The notes beneath the pieces were generated by a model that ran no database searches, was not told the DNA's origin, and saw only the letters and a program-made list of their open reading frames with translations. Made by a program: the position numbers and the translations under genes. From NCBI GenBank assembly GCA_037447605.1, contig CM074807.1, positions 1,798,001-1,862,000 on the forward strand: DNA of 64,000 bases, read 5' to 3'. This DNA is from Zygnema circumcarinatum SAG 698-1b (Eukaryota > Plantae > Zygnematophyceae). Positions 1 to 17,025 of the stretch are shown one piece after another. The first letter of the stretch is position 1, and each line of letters begins with the position of its first letter.

Positions 1-23
1 ACGGAACAGGGATGTGGCCGTAC

Positions 24-2136
24 CTTGGCGAGAAGATGCGGAGGGCTGGGCGCACAACGCAGCACGTGGCCACCTCCTGCGCGAGCGCGTGCACAGCGCG
101 GCACTGCGCGTCCTGCGGCCGCAGAAGCTTCGCGGCAGCTGCGCCGACCAGCTTCCGCAGGGCCTAGAAGACCGAGGGAGGAGGGGCTACTTCAATATTG
201 GCAGCAGGAACTCACAAGGATATTGCTACATGCTGCAGGGGATGACTAGAACAAGTCTCTGTGGATGGGAAGTTTGCCTGCAAACTTAAAACAGCGGCTG
301 CTATCGTGACGAAGCATGGCAGAATTGCGGAAAAAAGTGTTCATCCGCATAGTGCCCTGAAGGCACGGCTCACCTTGTATTCGGTCTCGACTGAAAGGCA
401 TGCCGGGTACAGTGAGCCGTCCGCATGCATTGCCTGCTTCAGTCGCTGCTCTCTGTGTCTGGGAGACATAGCATCCAGCTCCTCGCCAATGGCGTCCCTC
501 GTCCGCCTGTAGAGCTCAAGATGGCTCTCCACCACCTCCACTACGTCCCTGCTCCCACAGGACGGACTCAGGCCCTATTCTGGACGCCAAGAAGGAGCTC
601 TGCTGCAGGTTTGCATATGCATGTTTCCTTTTTAGGACTACGCGAAAGTTCAACGGGTTCTTTAGTCGAAGTCAATGGACGATGAACAGCAACGGCGACT
701 TTCTTGCCACCTGTCACGGGTTCCTAAGTGGTTTCTATTCAGCCAAATCTGTTTAAACCAAATTCTGAGGTTGGCGAGTTGTATTCACCATAGGGAGCCA
801 GGGCCATGCCTTGGGATTCAAAACAAACTCACTAACTGTACCTCGTTAGGAAAGTGACGAGGTTGACTCGCTTGGCCCTCTGTACAAGCTCTCCCAGTGC
901 ACCGCAGATAAGCAGCCGTAGTTCTTCCGGCGCATCCACATCAGGTGTGAGATACGCATAAAATGCATCTGAAAAGAAGTCTCTGACGGACATAACACAT
1001 TCTAATGAATTCCCCCCCTTTGGATAGAAATGCATGCCATTATCTGAATCATCCTTCCATCTTGAAGCAATAAACCTTTCTGGATGCAGCCACGAATTCC
1101 ACCAAAGCAAGTAAGGACATGCATGCGGATTGCACGAGCATGCAGTGCAACTCACCTTATCGTCAGGTCCACCAACTCCTCCAGAGCCGCTTCCAGGGCG
1201 GGGGAATCCATGGCTTGCCGCCAGCGGGTGTCAGCAGCACCTCTGCTTTTTGACGGCGCAAGGAGGGGGTGGTGAGGCGATAGCTGCTGCACATTGGTAA
1301 AGAGGTTGCGGTAGTTTATTACTGGTCTGGTCCTCCATCGCACTTCAAACTCCAACGATATGCGCCGCACGACAGCAACTAATATTATGGCCATGGGAAT
1401 ATTCACGAGCAGCGAGTTACTCGTCACTGCATGTCACGACACAATAAATCATAACGTACAATAAGAAATCCTAACGCAACGTTCGTTCTGTTAGCTAAAC
1501 CAGCTCGTGATGAGTTCAAGAATGTGCATTCCATTTGGTGTCCAGTCCATCCGTAACTCCACGTTTTCCATCAAAAAACATCATTTTTTTTTTAAAGAGA
1601 TTGAGACTCAAGGTGTAGAATGTTCTTGCACCGGCCTCCAAAAGTGGAATTATTTATCCAATTCATGCAAAAAGCCGGCCTGTACCACTTGCCGAATGTC
1701 CTCCACAACAGGACAACCACTGTTCCCTCTTGCCAATATCAGGAGACAATTAGACATGATGCATCAGACACGCTCCAACGCGACTGCAAAGACCCCGCGC
1801 AGGCTCGCTCGTCTGCAAGACTTGGTTGCTCCAAAGCCAAGCAAACGGAGCCCAGTCCTTACTGGTCATGGCGGCCGCGAGCAGCAGCACGGCGGCCAGC
1901 GCCATCCCCGCGCGGCTGCAGGCCTCCTCCGCGACCTCCCGCGCGCGCGTGATGCGGCCGAACGCCAGTCCTCCTCGCGCGGCCCGCCACACGCCCGGCC
2001 CTGGAGGCGCCCTGCGGCCCGCGCTGAGGAGCGCGCAGGAGCTGCACAGCAAGCCGGGCACGGCGGCCTCCTGCAGGGCCAGGACCGCCTCGCAGGCCCT
2101 GCAGCGCAGTGGCGGCCGCAGCCGCAGGCGCGCCAT
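24..2136 (-). CDS. PXA-domain sorting-nexin-like protein (plant PXA-PX-Nexin_C family, SNX13/14-like); 5' part, continues beyond the left edge
   Basis: Exons with GT-AG ends: 1863-2136, 1156-1426, 842-982, 374-548, 24-163. The spliced protein (AREVAEEACSRAGMALAAVLLLAAAMTMTSNSLLVNIP...RWRQAMDSPALEAA...DFFSDAFYAYLTPDVDAPEELR...LRPQDAQCRAVHALAQEVATCCVVRP) follows the recalled N-terminus and PXA domain of plant PX proteins. The start codon is uncertain. Confidence 0.85.
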
Positions 2137-2450
2137 GGCGCCCTTCCAGCGAGCGAGGGCGAGCCCCCTGGCTGGCTGGAGGGTGCTGGAGGGGCCCTCC
2201 GTCCCTCCGTCCGCCCGCCATGGCCACCAAGCAGAAGCAGACGGTAGGGCTGATCCGTACCGTACGGGTATTCCTGTACGGAGGGACCGAGTGTACGGTC
2301 CAGACTGTACGAATGGCGGTTGCGTCAAGGCCAAGGAAAGGAGCCGTTAGGGCCGTACGGCGATACCGCATCTCGGCCTGTACCACGTGGCGAAATTAAG
2401 TTGACGTGGCAGCCCCAACCGCCAATGGGATCGGGCGTGCAGAAGGACAG

Positions 2451-2469
2451 CCAATGGGGTCGCGCCACG
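2451..2469 (+). promoter_or_regulatory. ERSE-type composite element CCAAT-N9-CCACG (NF-Y + bZIP) in the PXA / DHQ-SDH divergent intergenic region
   Basis: CCAAT ggggtcgcg CCACG, an exact match to the ERSE-I consensus. A one-mismatch copy (CCAAT-N9-CCAGG) lies at 2807-2825. Function is inferred. Confidence 0.5.
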
Positions 2470-3519
2470 TGGCCCAAAGCAGCCCGGGGGTACCGTATTC
2501 GGGAGCCGGCGGCGGGTGGGGCAGCTGCAGTGCGGGCTGGCTGCTGTGGGGGAGAGGGAGGGAGAGGGAGAGAGAGAGAGAGAGGGGGAGATTGCCTGAA
2601 TGGGAGTTTCATAGTGGGAGAGGAAGGGGAAGGGGGAGAAAGGGTCCGTGTTGGGAAGACGACACTTAAAGCAGGACCAATGAATATTTGAGAAGAAGCA
2701 TTTTATTAAAAAAATAAAGGGAGAAAGGAATCCAAAATGCAGAGGGGTGTAGGCCTTGCCTCCCGCAGGCTCCAGATAACGCGCCGCACGTGTCCGGCCA
2801 GACGGGCCAATCACGACGTGCCAGGTGGCACGGCGCAGTGTGGGCTCCTCGCTCCCCCCACGTAGCCAACTCCCAGTCAGCCACTTGGCCGCACTGCTAA
2901 AGGAGCTTACCGGCCATGGCATGGCACCCGAGCTTTCGCCTCGTGGCTCTGCGCTTCTCTTTGGGGCCGAGCCGCCCCTCTTTGCAAGCAAATGGTCGAA
3001 ACGATTCGGAGCGGACAGCGCCAAAGGAAGCAAAAATTACATCAACAGAACTTGCGGATGCGTTTACTTGTTCTGCCCAAAGGACCGCCATGCTGCCGTT
3101 CTGTACCATCGCCAAGAGTCGCATGACTTGTTGCGAACTGCAGCAAAGGAAGGAAGATAGAAAAATTGGGCAAGAAGGACATAACTTCATCGTGAAGTGG
3201 GGCTGTGCCATGTGTTCGGACAAAGAAATGAGCGGCGTGAAGTTAGAGAGCAGATTGAGGAGGTCTTCCACCAAAAGAGGGAGGGAGGGAGGGAGGGATT
3301 ATCTCTCCCACCGACAATCGCTCTCACGAAAGTACTCCGTTGTGGCCGCATCGCGATATCAGCGGGGTACTCGTTGTGGCGTTAACCTTGCGAGCGAACG
3401 AGCGGACGATTTTGAAGTCTGCCAAGCCCTCCTAAGTGTACGGCATGCCGCGTACAGTACGCCTTATGGAGCGTGGCGCGGCGATAACATAGCATAGGCG
3501 CGATTTTGCCGCACAGCCC

Positions 3520-3800
3520 TAAAAGTTAACGGTGGCGGTAAGAAAGGTTGGATCGGACGTTGGTGGACATGGTACGGTCAATGCGTCGTGGTTCTAAGCT
3601 GCATTCGAGGTTTTGGGCAGAAGCCATAAATGCAGTCATTCCCGTGAGAAAGCGAGCCCACCATCAACTTAGAATGACGACGACAAGGTACCAGAAGCGC
3701 TTTCGACAAAATCCAAGCCCACCATTTCTCACCACTCTGTGTGGGGGCCTAAATGCTTTGCTGACATTTCGCATGCGTAAAGAAAAAGGAAGATGAATCT
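3520..3800 (+). mobile_element. Ty1/copia integrase remnant
   Basis: DRTLVDMVRSMRRGSKLHSRFWAEAINAVIPVRKR resembles the copia integrase core (ERxNRTLxxMxRxML...FWAEAxNTA), followed by a frameshifted VWGPKCFADI. A possible gag/protease remnant at ~3050-3230 is too decayed to call. Confidence 0.7.
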
Positions 3801-4040
3801 TACAGCATGGACAAGGTAGCTAGTGAGATATGATCATGAGCGTTTGACATACAGGATCTGAGATGCTCAGAATGATGTGGTCAGGCGCAGTAGGGATGTT
3901 CAACTTGTCGAGAAAGGAGAGGCCATCAAGAATGAATGGCATGGATTCGTAGAGTGTAGACTTTGGTTAAGGCTCTGGGCAGCAACAACAACAACAGCAG
4001 CAGCAGAAATTTTGATTGGGAATTCTAAACCACGTCACTA

Positions 4041-4197
4041 GGGGGTGTCAGACTTAACAAAATCTTACGAAAAGCGTTACGAAAAAAAAGGTTACGAAAG
4101 TACTCCGCCGCAGCAGGATCGCTATTATACTGGAGTACTCGTTCTGATGTCAAACTTACGAACACGCGTACTGAAATTTTTTAAGTCTGACACCCCC
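4041..4197. mobile_element. MITE with 17-bp TIRs and TA TSD (Tc1/mariner, Stowaway-like), copy 1
   Basis: TIR GGGGGTGTCAGACTTAA ... TTAAGTCTGACACCCCC, with TA on both sides (4039-40, 4198-99). A second copy is at 27539-27668. Confidence 0.9.
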
Positions 4198-4688
4198 TAC
4201 TGCCTGCGTCCTAAATTCCACCCCTCGGTACGGTCCCGAGCACTGTACGGACGGCGGGCGGCGCTGGTCCTGCTGCCGCTAGCGCCGTACAGGGGGTTCC
4301 AGACCGCACGCGCGACAGCGCGCTGTGGAGGCGCCACGTCTCCATCCATGCATCAGCGTCGGCGCGCCATGTCGCGGCTGGCGCCCGTCCGCTGGCGATA
4401 TGTCGCGCAAAGGGCAGGGCCGCGATCGACCGGCACGAGCGAGAGCGACCCGGCATGCCACGTCAGCGGCGGGCAGCTCTCCGCCCCGTCCTGACTGGAC
4501 CGCGCCCTGCGCTTGCCGCACGCGGCAAGGCGGCACCGCGCTGACGTGGTGGACACCTATTCGTCCACTCTGGGTTTTTTTTTAATTAATTTGTCAAAAC
4601 TATCCACGTGGCCCGCGCCCGCTGTGCGTCCTCGCGAGCGCCGTCGCGCGCGCGCAGAAGATGCTGGCAAACCGGAGGGAAAATGTGG

Positions 4689-4707
4689 CCAATGAGGGCG
4701 CGCCACG
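4689..4707 (+). promoter_or_regulatory. ERSE-type element CCAAT-N9-CCACG about 280 bp upstream of the DHQ-SDH ATG
   Basis: CCAAT gagggcgcg CCACG exact; the CCACG half overlaps a G-box (CACGTG). Confidence 0.5.
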
Positions 4708-4805
4708 TGTTTCCAGTGTATACGTGGCGTGTTGCGAGTGGTCGAGAGTTCTACAACTGGGCGTGGCGGGACGCCCTTAGGTAGGCCGTGGCGGCCCTAC
4801 ACTTG

Positions 4806-4972
4806 GCGGGAGGGAGGAGGGAGGAGGGAGGAGGGAGGAGGGAGGAGGGAGGAGGGAGGAGGGAGGGAGGAGGGAGCGAGGAGGGTAGAGGCCCTGGCGG
4901 AGGAGGGGAGGAGAATAGGAGGAGAGGAGGAGAACAGGAGGAGAGGAGGAGAGGAGGAGAGGAGGAGAGGCG
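4806..4972 (+). repeat. Purine-rich (GGGAGGA)n / (GGA)n leader repeat
   Basis: Tandem GGGAGGA heptamers grading into GAG repeats immediately before ATG 4984. Confidence 0.85.
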
Positions 4973-4983
4973 GCTGCAGAGAA

Positions 4984-10966
<5,983 letters not shown>

Positions 10967-11985
10967 TGCGGAACTGTGAAAGTATCCCATCATTTTTGTT
11001 TGCCATCATTAGGCTCTTTAGTCACTAGTTTTACGTTAGAATCATTGCCATTCTCTAGCTGCAGAGATCGCCTTATTACCTTAAAAGATAGGCATTTTCT
11101 AACCTGATTGTACAGATGTATGAAGTAGACAAGGCTCTCCTATAGATCAGAAGCCGTTGCTTCTCGACTAGGACAGAGCAATATCTACTCTTCTGTAAGC
11201 AATTCTTTGAAAATGGAATACGTATGGTGATTTATAAAACCTTTCACCTTCACTGCAGGCGACGTGCATCCACATCGCCTGCAGTGTACCACCTAGACTT
11301 CCGCAAGGTCGATGTTCTCAACAAAATTGAGTATGATCGTTTGATTTGTAGCTGAGCTTTGGAAATTACACCAGTGAAGTTGCACCGATTCTGGCCAGCA
11401 TGCAGCAGGGCGAGCAGAGCAGCCCAAAGGACAGCCATTCAGATCATCTGAAACTTGGCGGGCTCTTCTTTCGGTGTCTGCTTGGGTTGTTTCGAAGAGG
11501 GTAAGCGAGCTGACGTCTCACGTAGGCTTGGCCGCGTAGTTAATGAAAACACCTGAAAACACCTCTTATTATGGAGTAATGTTATTTCCACCCCTTTTTT
11601 GGATCAAAACACCCTTTCCCGGTCGTCACCCTTCGGTCGCTTACTCCGCCCTTCGGCCGGGGAGATTTTAAAAAGGCTTTAAAACGGAAAATGCTTTTTT
11701 CACTCGTTTTTGGAATCGATTTTCACCTTTTTCCGTCGGCAAATATTATTTGGAATTTCCACACCTTTTTTGTCTACACACAGACCTCGTTTCGCCGGGC
11801 AGGTTCTATTTGAGAAAAAAATAGGATTATGAACGAAAAATGATGTTTTCGCAACTTTTTTGTCTATACACGCTCCTTTTTCCGTCGGGCAGAATTTATT
11901 TTAGAAAAAAGAGGTTTTGAAGCCCTAACAACGCGTCTGCCCCACCGCCCACCCCCTGCAAGCAGTTAGCGCAACGCAACAGGAT

Positions 11986-13560
11986 ATGGAGTTCGCTACG
12001 CGGCAGGAGGTGATAGAAGATCTCAGGAAGAGCTATAAACAGACAGGAGTGGTCCTCGTCATCAAGACTAGCAAGGAGAAGCGAGTGGTTTTGAAGTGTG
12101 ATCGAGGTGGGGAGTATAAGAACCCTAAACACTTTACAAATGGAATGCGCCAAAAAACGACGTACACCAGACGAACTGGGTGGTGTACGTACACCCAGTT
12201 CGTCTGGTGTACGTTTGAGATTGTTTGCTCTTCAATGAAGGGAGTTTGGGCAGTTCGAAAGATTACTGGCAGTCGTAACCATGAGTTGGCTAGTAACTTA
12301 GCAGGCCATGCACTGTCTCGCCGCTTGAACAAGTTCGAGAAAGCGAAAGTGCGAGGGCTTAGTGAGCAAGGCCTAGCGCCAAAAGACATAATTTCTATCG
12401 TTCGTAAAGAGTTCAAAAATAGTCACTCGACAGCCAAAGAGATTTATAATGAGCTTGGGGCTACTCGAAAAGAGGAGTTAAGGGATCGCAAAGCCATTGA
12501 AGCAGTAGTAGAGTTGATTTCTTTCACTGATTACTTCAACAAGGTGCGGCTAGTGGGAGATGTTGTTGATTGTGTGTTTTTTGTGCACCAATCATCAGTC
12601 AATATGTGCCAAATATAAAAAAAAAAATAATAATAATAATAATAATAAAACAAATAATAATAATAAAAATAAATAAATAAATAATTTTTTTTTTATTAAA
12701 AATATTCTGCACAGTCTTTTTTCTTGACTGCACTTATAAGACAAACAAGTTTGGCATGCTTCTGTTGAATGTGGTTGGCATCACATCTACGTATGCAATA
12801 TTTAATGCTGGCTTTGCGTTTATTCATGTGAAAAACAAGGAGGCGTACACTTGAGCTTTGCAACAATTTTCTGAAGTTGTGACTCTAAGGTCCTTTGCAC
12901 AGACCGAGAGTTGGCCCTCATGAACTCGCACAAGTCTTCCCATGGTACCATAACATCCTTTGTTGTTGGCACATCAATAAGAATGTACTTGCTAATTGCA
13001 AGATAGGTTTCTCTAATATCGTATGGCAGAAGTTTATGAAACAATGGAATCTAGTTGTCTCTAGCATGTCAGTCAAACTATTTGATACAACCTTTGCTGC
13101 ATTTAAGGAGACTTACTTGGAAAGCCACCTAGTTGCTTGGCATTACATCAACATGACATGGACGCTACACAAAGAGAAGTTCGTGGCATGCTTCATAAAC
13201 AAGTTTCCTTACTTGGGTAGCGCTAGCACGTCCCGAGTGGAGGGAAACCACTACAAGATCAAGATCAAGTCGTATCTTCGAGTTGGAATATTACACCTAT
13301 TCTTGACAACAAAGCGGTTGGGGCTTATGTTGGCTAATCAACATGTGGAGCTCAATGTTGTTATTGAGAAGCAGAAGATGCATATGGCGTATCGTTCAAC
13401 TACCATTATTTTATGAATTTGACTTTTGAAGTCTTTGATTTTGCTATGGACAAGATACTAGGATAGTTAAAGCTTGCTGAAAAAGGGGGACATAAGAAGC
13501 AACCATGCACTTGGCAATTGACAAAATCATGGAGTCTACCCTATTATCATTACATTCAGG
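11986..13560 (+). pseudogene. Mutator/MULE transposase, degenerate
   Basis: FAR1/WRKY-like N-terminus (LKCDRGG...FEIVC...HNH-like RNHEL), then DDE-domain motifs FLDCTYKTNKFGM, TDRELAL, CCWHINKNV and TSRVEGNH. Stops and frameshifts are present, and no matching TIR pair was found. Confidence 0.85.
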
Positions 13561-14065
13561 GTTGTTTGAAAACTAAAACTCCAATTTGTTTAGAAGACAT
13601 TCATGGTAGTGGTTGTTGTATAGAAACCCTTTGGCCCCTCCAAATGCCAATGTAGTTGCATTGCCATACGAATTGACATCTATAAGTATTTTATATAAGC
13701 ACAAGATTACGACTAGCTTACAACGACTAGTTGATAATAAGAATCCTTGAGCGAGCAGAGTTTCATTGCTCACCTTAATCAAGTATTAGATATACTTGAT
13801 ATCCAAATCCAAGAGCTTTTAATCGTGGTTAAGAAGCCCGGTAGACCTGTAGATTCTAAGAAGAAAACAAGTACTACTTGAGATAGGTTTTACTTTGAAT
13901 ACATTGAAGGACGCAAATATGGGGTTTGTTGTCAATCAGGGCACAATTCAAGAAACTACTCACAAAAAATCATTGGTGGAGAACTTTTGCAGTCACTTTT
14001 GTGGTAACTTTTTGTTGTTTAAAAATATGGCTTTGTATACTTGCCTAGGCCTTATGTTAATGTGG

Positions 14066-14623
14066 TGTAGCGAAACGCTACAGTCACCCCAAAGGCGAAG
14101 GATTACTTAAAGCCCGGCGTGGCCTTATGTTTCCATTCAATGCGGTACCTAATGGTTAGGGCATCGGATACTCTATAGGACGACGGAGGTCCTAGGTTCG
14201 AACCGTAAGAACTGGTTCACACGTGGGGGCACCACATAGTCACGGTGCGCCCCACATCACTTGCCAAGGTCCCCCCCTCCTCCGCGCCGCGTCGCGGCGC
14301 GCGCCGCGGAATGCGGCGAGCGTTCGTACATCGTACACCTCTGACCCATTCGGGTCAGGGAGAGACACGTGGCAGTCCGCCATTGGACAGCCCTGCTTCC
14401 AATCCTCCATGCTGGTAGGAGGTTCAACGGGGGAAGCATATAGGGGCGAGGGGGACTGTCGTCACCCAACCAATGTACCGGCATACGGTTGCACCCCTGC
14501 CCAGGGCTGCGCCAACCTCTGAAGCTCTCTCTCTCTCTCACTTTTCTTGATTCAGACACTGAGTGCAGGCTGAGAGAGATTCCGCGCACGACCGAGGAGG
14601 GATTAGCCCCGGGGTCTGTTACA
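14066..14623 (+). mobile_element. Solo LTR (family A, copy 1) inserted in the copia LTR
   Basis: Runs TGTAGCGAAACGCTACAGTCA ... TCTGTTACA, with an exact 5-bp TSD TGTGG (14061-65, 14624-28). Homologous to 19487-20119. Confidence 0.9.
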
Positions 14624-15805
14624 TGTGGAGCCTCCAGATCTGCTAGAGGATGCTTTTGAGGAGGACATCACTTTACGCCTTGAGCCAGAAGACACCACCT
14701 CAGTAGAAGCACAAGATCACACACGCAAAGCTTACAAGAAACCTCAAACAACGATGAAATAACAGATCAAGGAAAGGAGAAAAAGTAAGAGAAAACACTA
14801 CAGTTCAAAGTACAAGTACAAGTATTAAGTGTTTAACAAAGGCAACTCTATTGCAGCTCTACTCTATTACAAGATTGCCACCTTTCACTTGTAAATGCTC
14901 CACAACATTTCGACAAGCTTTACATTGAAGGTGGTATCGCCTTTATACTCCTTTTTTCTACTTAAACTAGCAAATAGGGGATGACTAACAACTCTACTGA
15001 CTGTTTCTTCGCGTTTTTCATAGGTTTGTTAAATCACACAGCTACAATTGCTTGGTATTTAATCTTTACTCTGTTTACCGTTCTGATCTTTTCTATTAAT
15101 AATAAGTCTTCCATAACTTGACTTGACTTGGGCCTCTAGGGTTTTGTGCACACCTTTGAACTCCAGCCGCATTCCAACTTGGTAACCTTATGCTCTTATA
15201 TACCACTAACTATTGTACACTAACATTCCCCCTCTTAGTACTTAGTTTTTAAGAAGCCCTAATCTTAAAAGCCTATTGTTCTTCCATAATGTCTCCCCAT
15301 TAACCCTTTTGGTAACATGTCTATTGCCTAAACTTTTGTACCAACAAAAGCAATGGTTATCCTACCCTCAACCACAAGTTTTCTTACAAAATGATACTGA
15401 TGTGTTCAAACTTTTTGTAAAACACTGGATTCTTTAAAGTCATCAAGGGCTGGTTATTTGTCAACAACTGCAAGGGGATTTGGGGTCGCTCACACTCTTC
15501 AAAGAACTTCTGTAACTACGCTGCCTCTTTGGCCGCATGACACGCTACTAGGTAATCCGCTTATGTGCTTGAAAGCGCCACCAAATACTAGAGCTTTGAA
15601 CTCCAAGTCATTACTTCTACATATCCAAAAATAGATTTGGCAGTATCCACATCTCTTCCTCAATTGGCATTTGTGTAACCATACACTTCACTCCCACTCT
15701 TTCCTTTGAATTTAATCCCATAATCAATAATCCCCTTGAAAAAATTTTAGGATTTTTAAGGCCTCCCTTTTCTTTCCGCAATTCGAGTTGTTTTAACTTT
15801 TGCAG

Positions 15806-17025
15806 CGATTCAACTTCCTACACAAGTTGGGCGAGGGAGGCTTTGGGACGGTCTAGGCGTATTGCAATTGCACAATGTTAGAAGTGGTCACATACAAATG
15901 TATAGCAAAGGTGACTGCTGATATAAAGACATTGGAGATAAAGGCGCTTGCCATATGGCGCCTACAAGACAATCAGCTCTTTGTCGAACTGAGGCAAATC
16001 TTTTAAGACGCTTACAATGTCTATTTCGTGATAAAGTTGTGTGAGAGGGGGTCCCTCTTTGGCCAACTCAACAAGTGGGGAAGATGCTTTCCTGAATGGA
16101 AAGTGGCCAAAGTATTCCAACAGATTTGCAAGGGCATGGTAGAAATGCACTCGAGGAATCTCTTGCATAGAGATTTGAAACTCGAAAACATCTTAGTGAA
16201 GGACAAAGGGGAAAGGGTAGAACACATTAAGATTACTAACTTCTGGTTATCGCTCGGACTCGAGCAAGGGAAAGAAGTTTACGGCGACATTTACAAGACT
16301 CTTTTGCACCTAAGGTCACAAGAGACAAGGCATACGGAATACCTACAATGTCTATTTGGTGATAGAGTTGTGTGAGAGGGGGTCCTTTTTTGACCGACTC
16401 AATGAGTGAGGAAGATGCTTTCCTGAATAGAAAGTGGCTGAAGTATTCCAATAGATTTGCAAGGGCATGGTAAAAATGCACTCAAAGAATCTCTTGCATA
16501 GAGATTTAAAACTCGAAAACATCTTAGTAAAGGACAAAGGGGAAAGGGTAGAGCACATTAAGATAATTGACTTCGGGTAATCGCTCAAACTCGAGCAAAA
16601 AAAAGAAGTTTATGGCAATATTTGTAGGACTCTTTTTCACATGGTGCTTAAGGTTACGAGAGACGAGGCATATGGAATGCCTACAATGTTTATTTTGTGA
16701 TAAAGTTGTGCGAGAGGGGGTTCCTCTTTCACCGAGTAGGGAAAATGCTTTCTTAAATGGAAAGTGGTCAAAGTATTCTAACAAATTTGCAAGGGCATGG
16801 TAGAAATGCACTTGAGGAATCTCTTGCATAGAGATTTGAAACTCGAAAACATCTTAGTAAAGGACAAAGGGGAAGGGGTAGACCACATTAAGATTATTGA
16901 CTTCAGGTTATCGCTCGGACTCGAGCAAGGGAGGGAAGTTATGGCGACATTTGCAAGACTCCTTTGAACATAGTGCCTAAGGTTATAAGAGACGAGGCAT
17001 ATGGAATGCCTAATCTACAGGCGTG
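15806..17025 (+). pseudogene. Ser/Thr protein kinase (CAMK/CDPK-like) pseudogene with the subdomain V-IX segment in three tandem copies
   Basis: One reading frame from 15806 with two stops: LGEGGFGTV*, VTYKC, LEIKAL, IKLCERG, HRDLKLENIL, KITNFWL. Repeat units start near 16013, 16344 and 16682; units B and C retain IELC, KIIDFG and GDIC.T...P(K/E)VI...YGMP. Confidence 0.88.

Noticed and set aside
2220-2399. Plus-strand ORF MATKQKQTVGLIRT..., superficially like the N-terminus of plant PXA proteins
   Set aside because: It is on the wrong strand relative to the PXA gene, short, and made of the GTAC-rich leader; the resemblance is probably chance.
14143-14205. Functional tRNA gene
   Set aside because: Only D-arm-like and T-arm-like parts are recognisable. 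There is no convincing acceptor or anticodon stem, and it lies inside an LTR.
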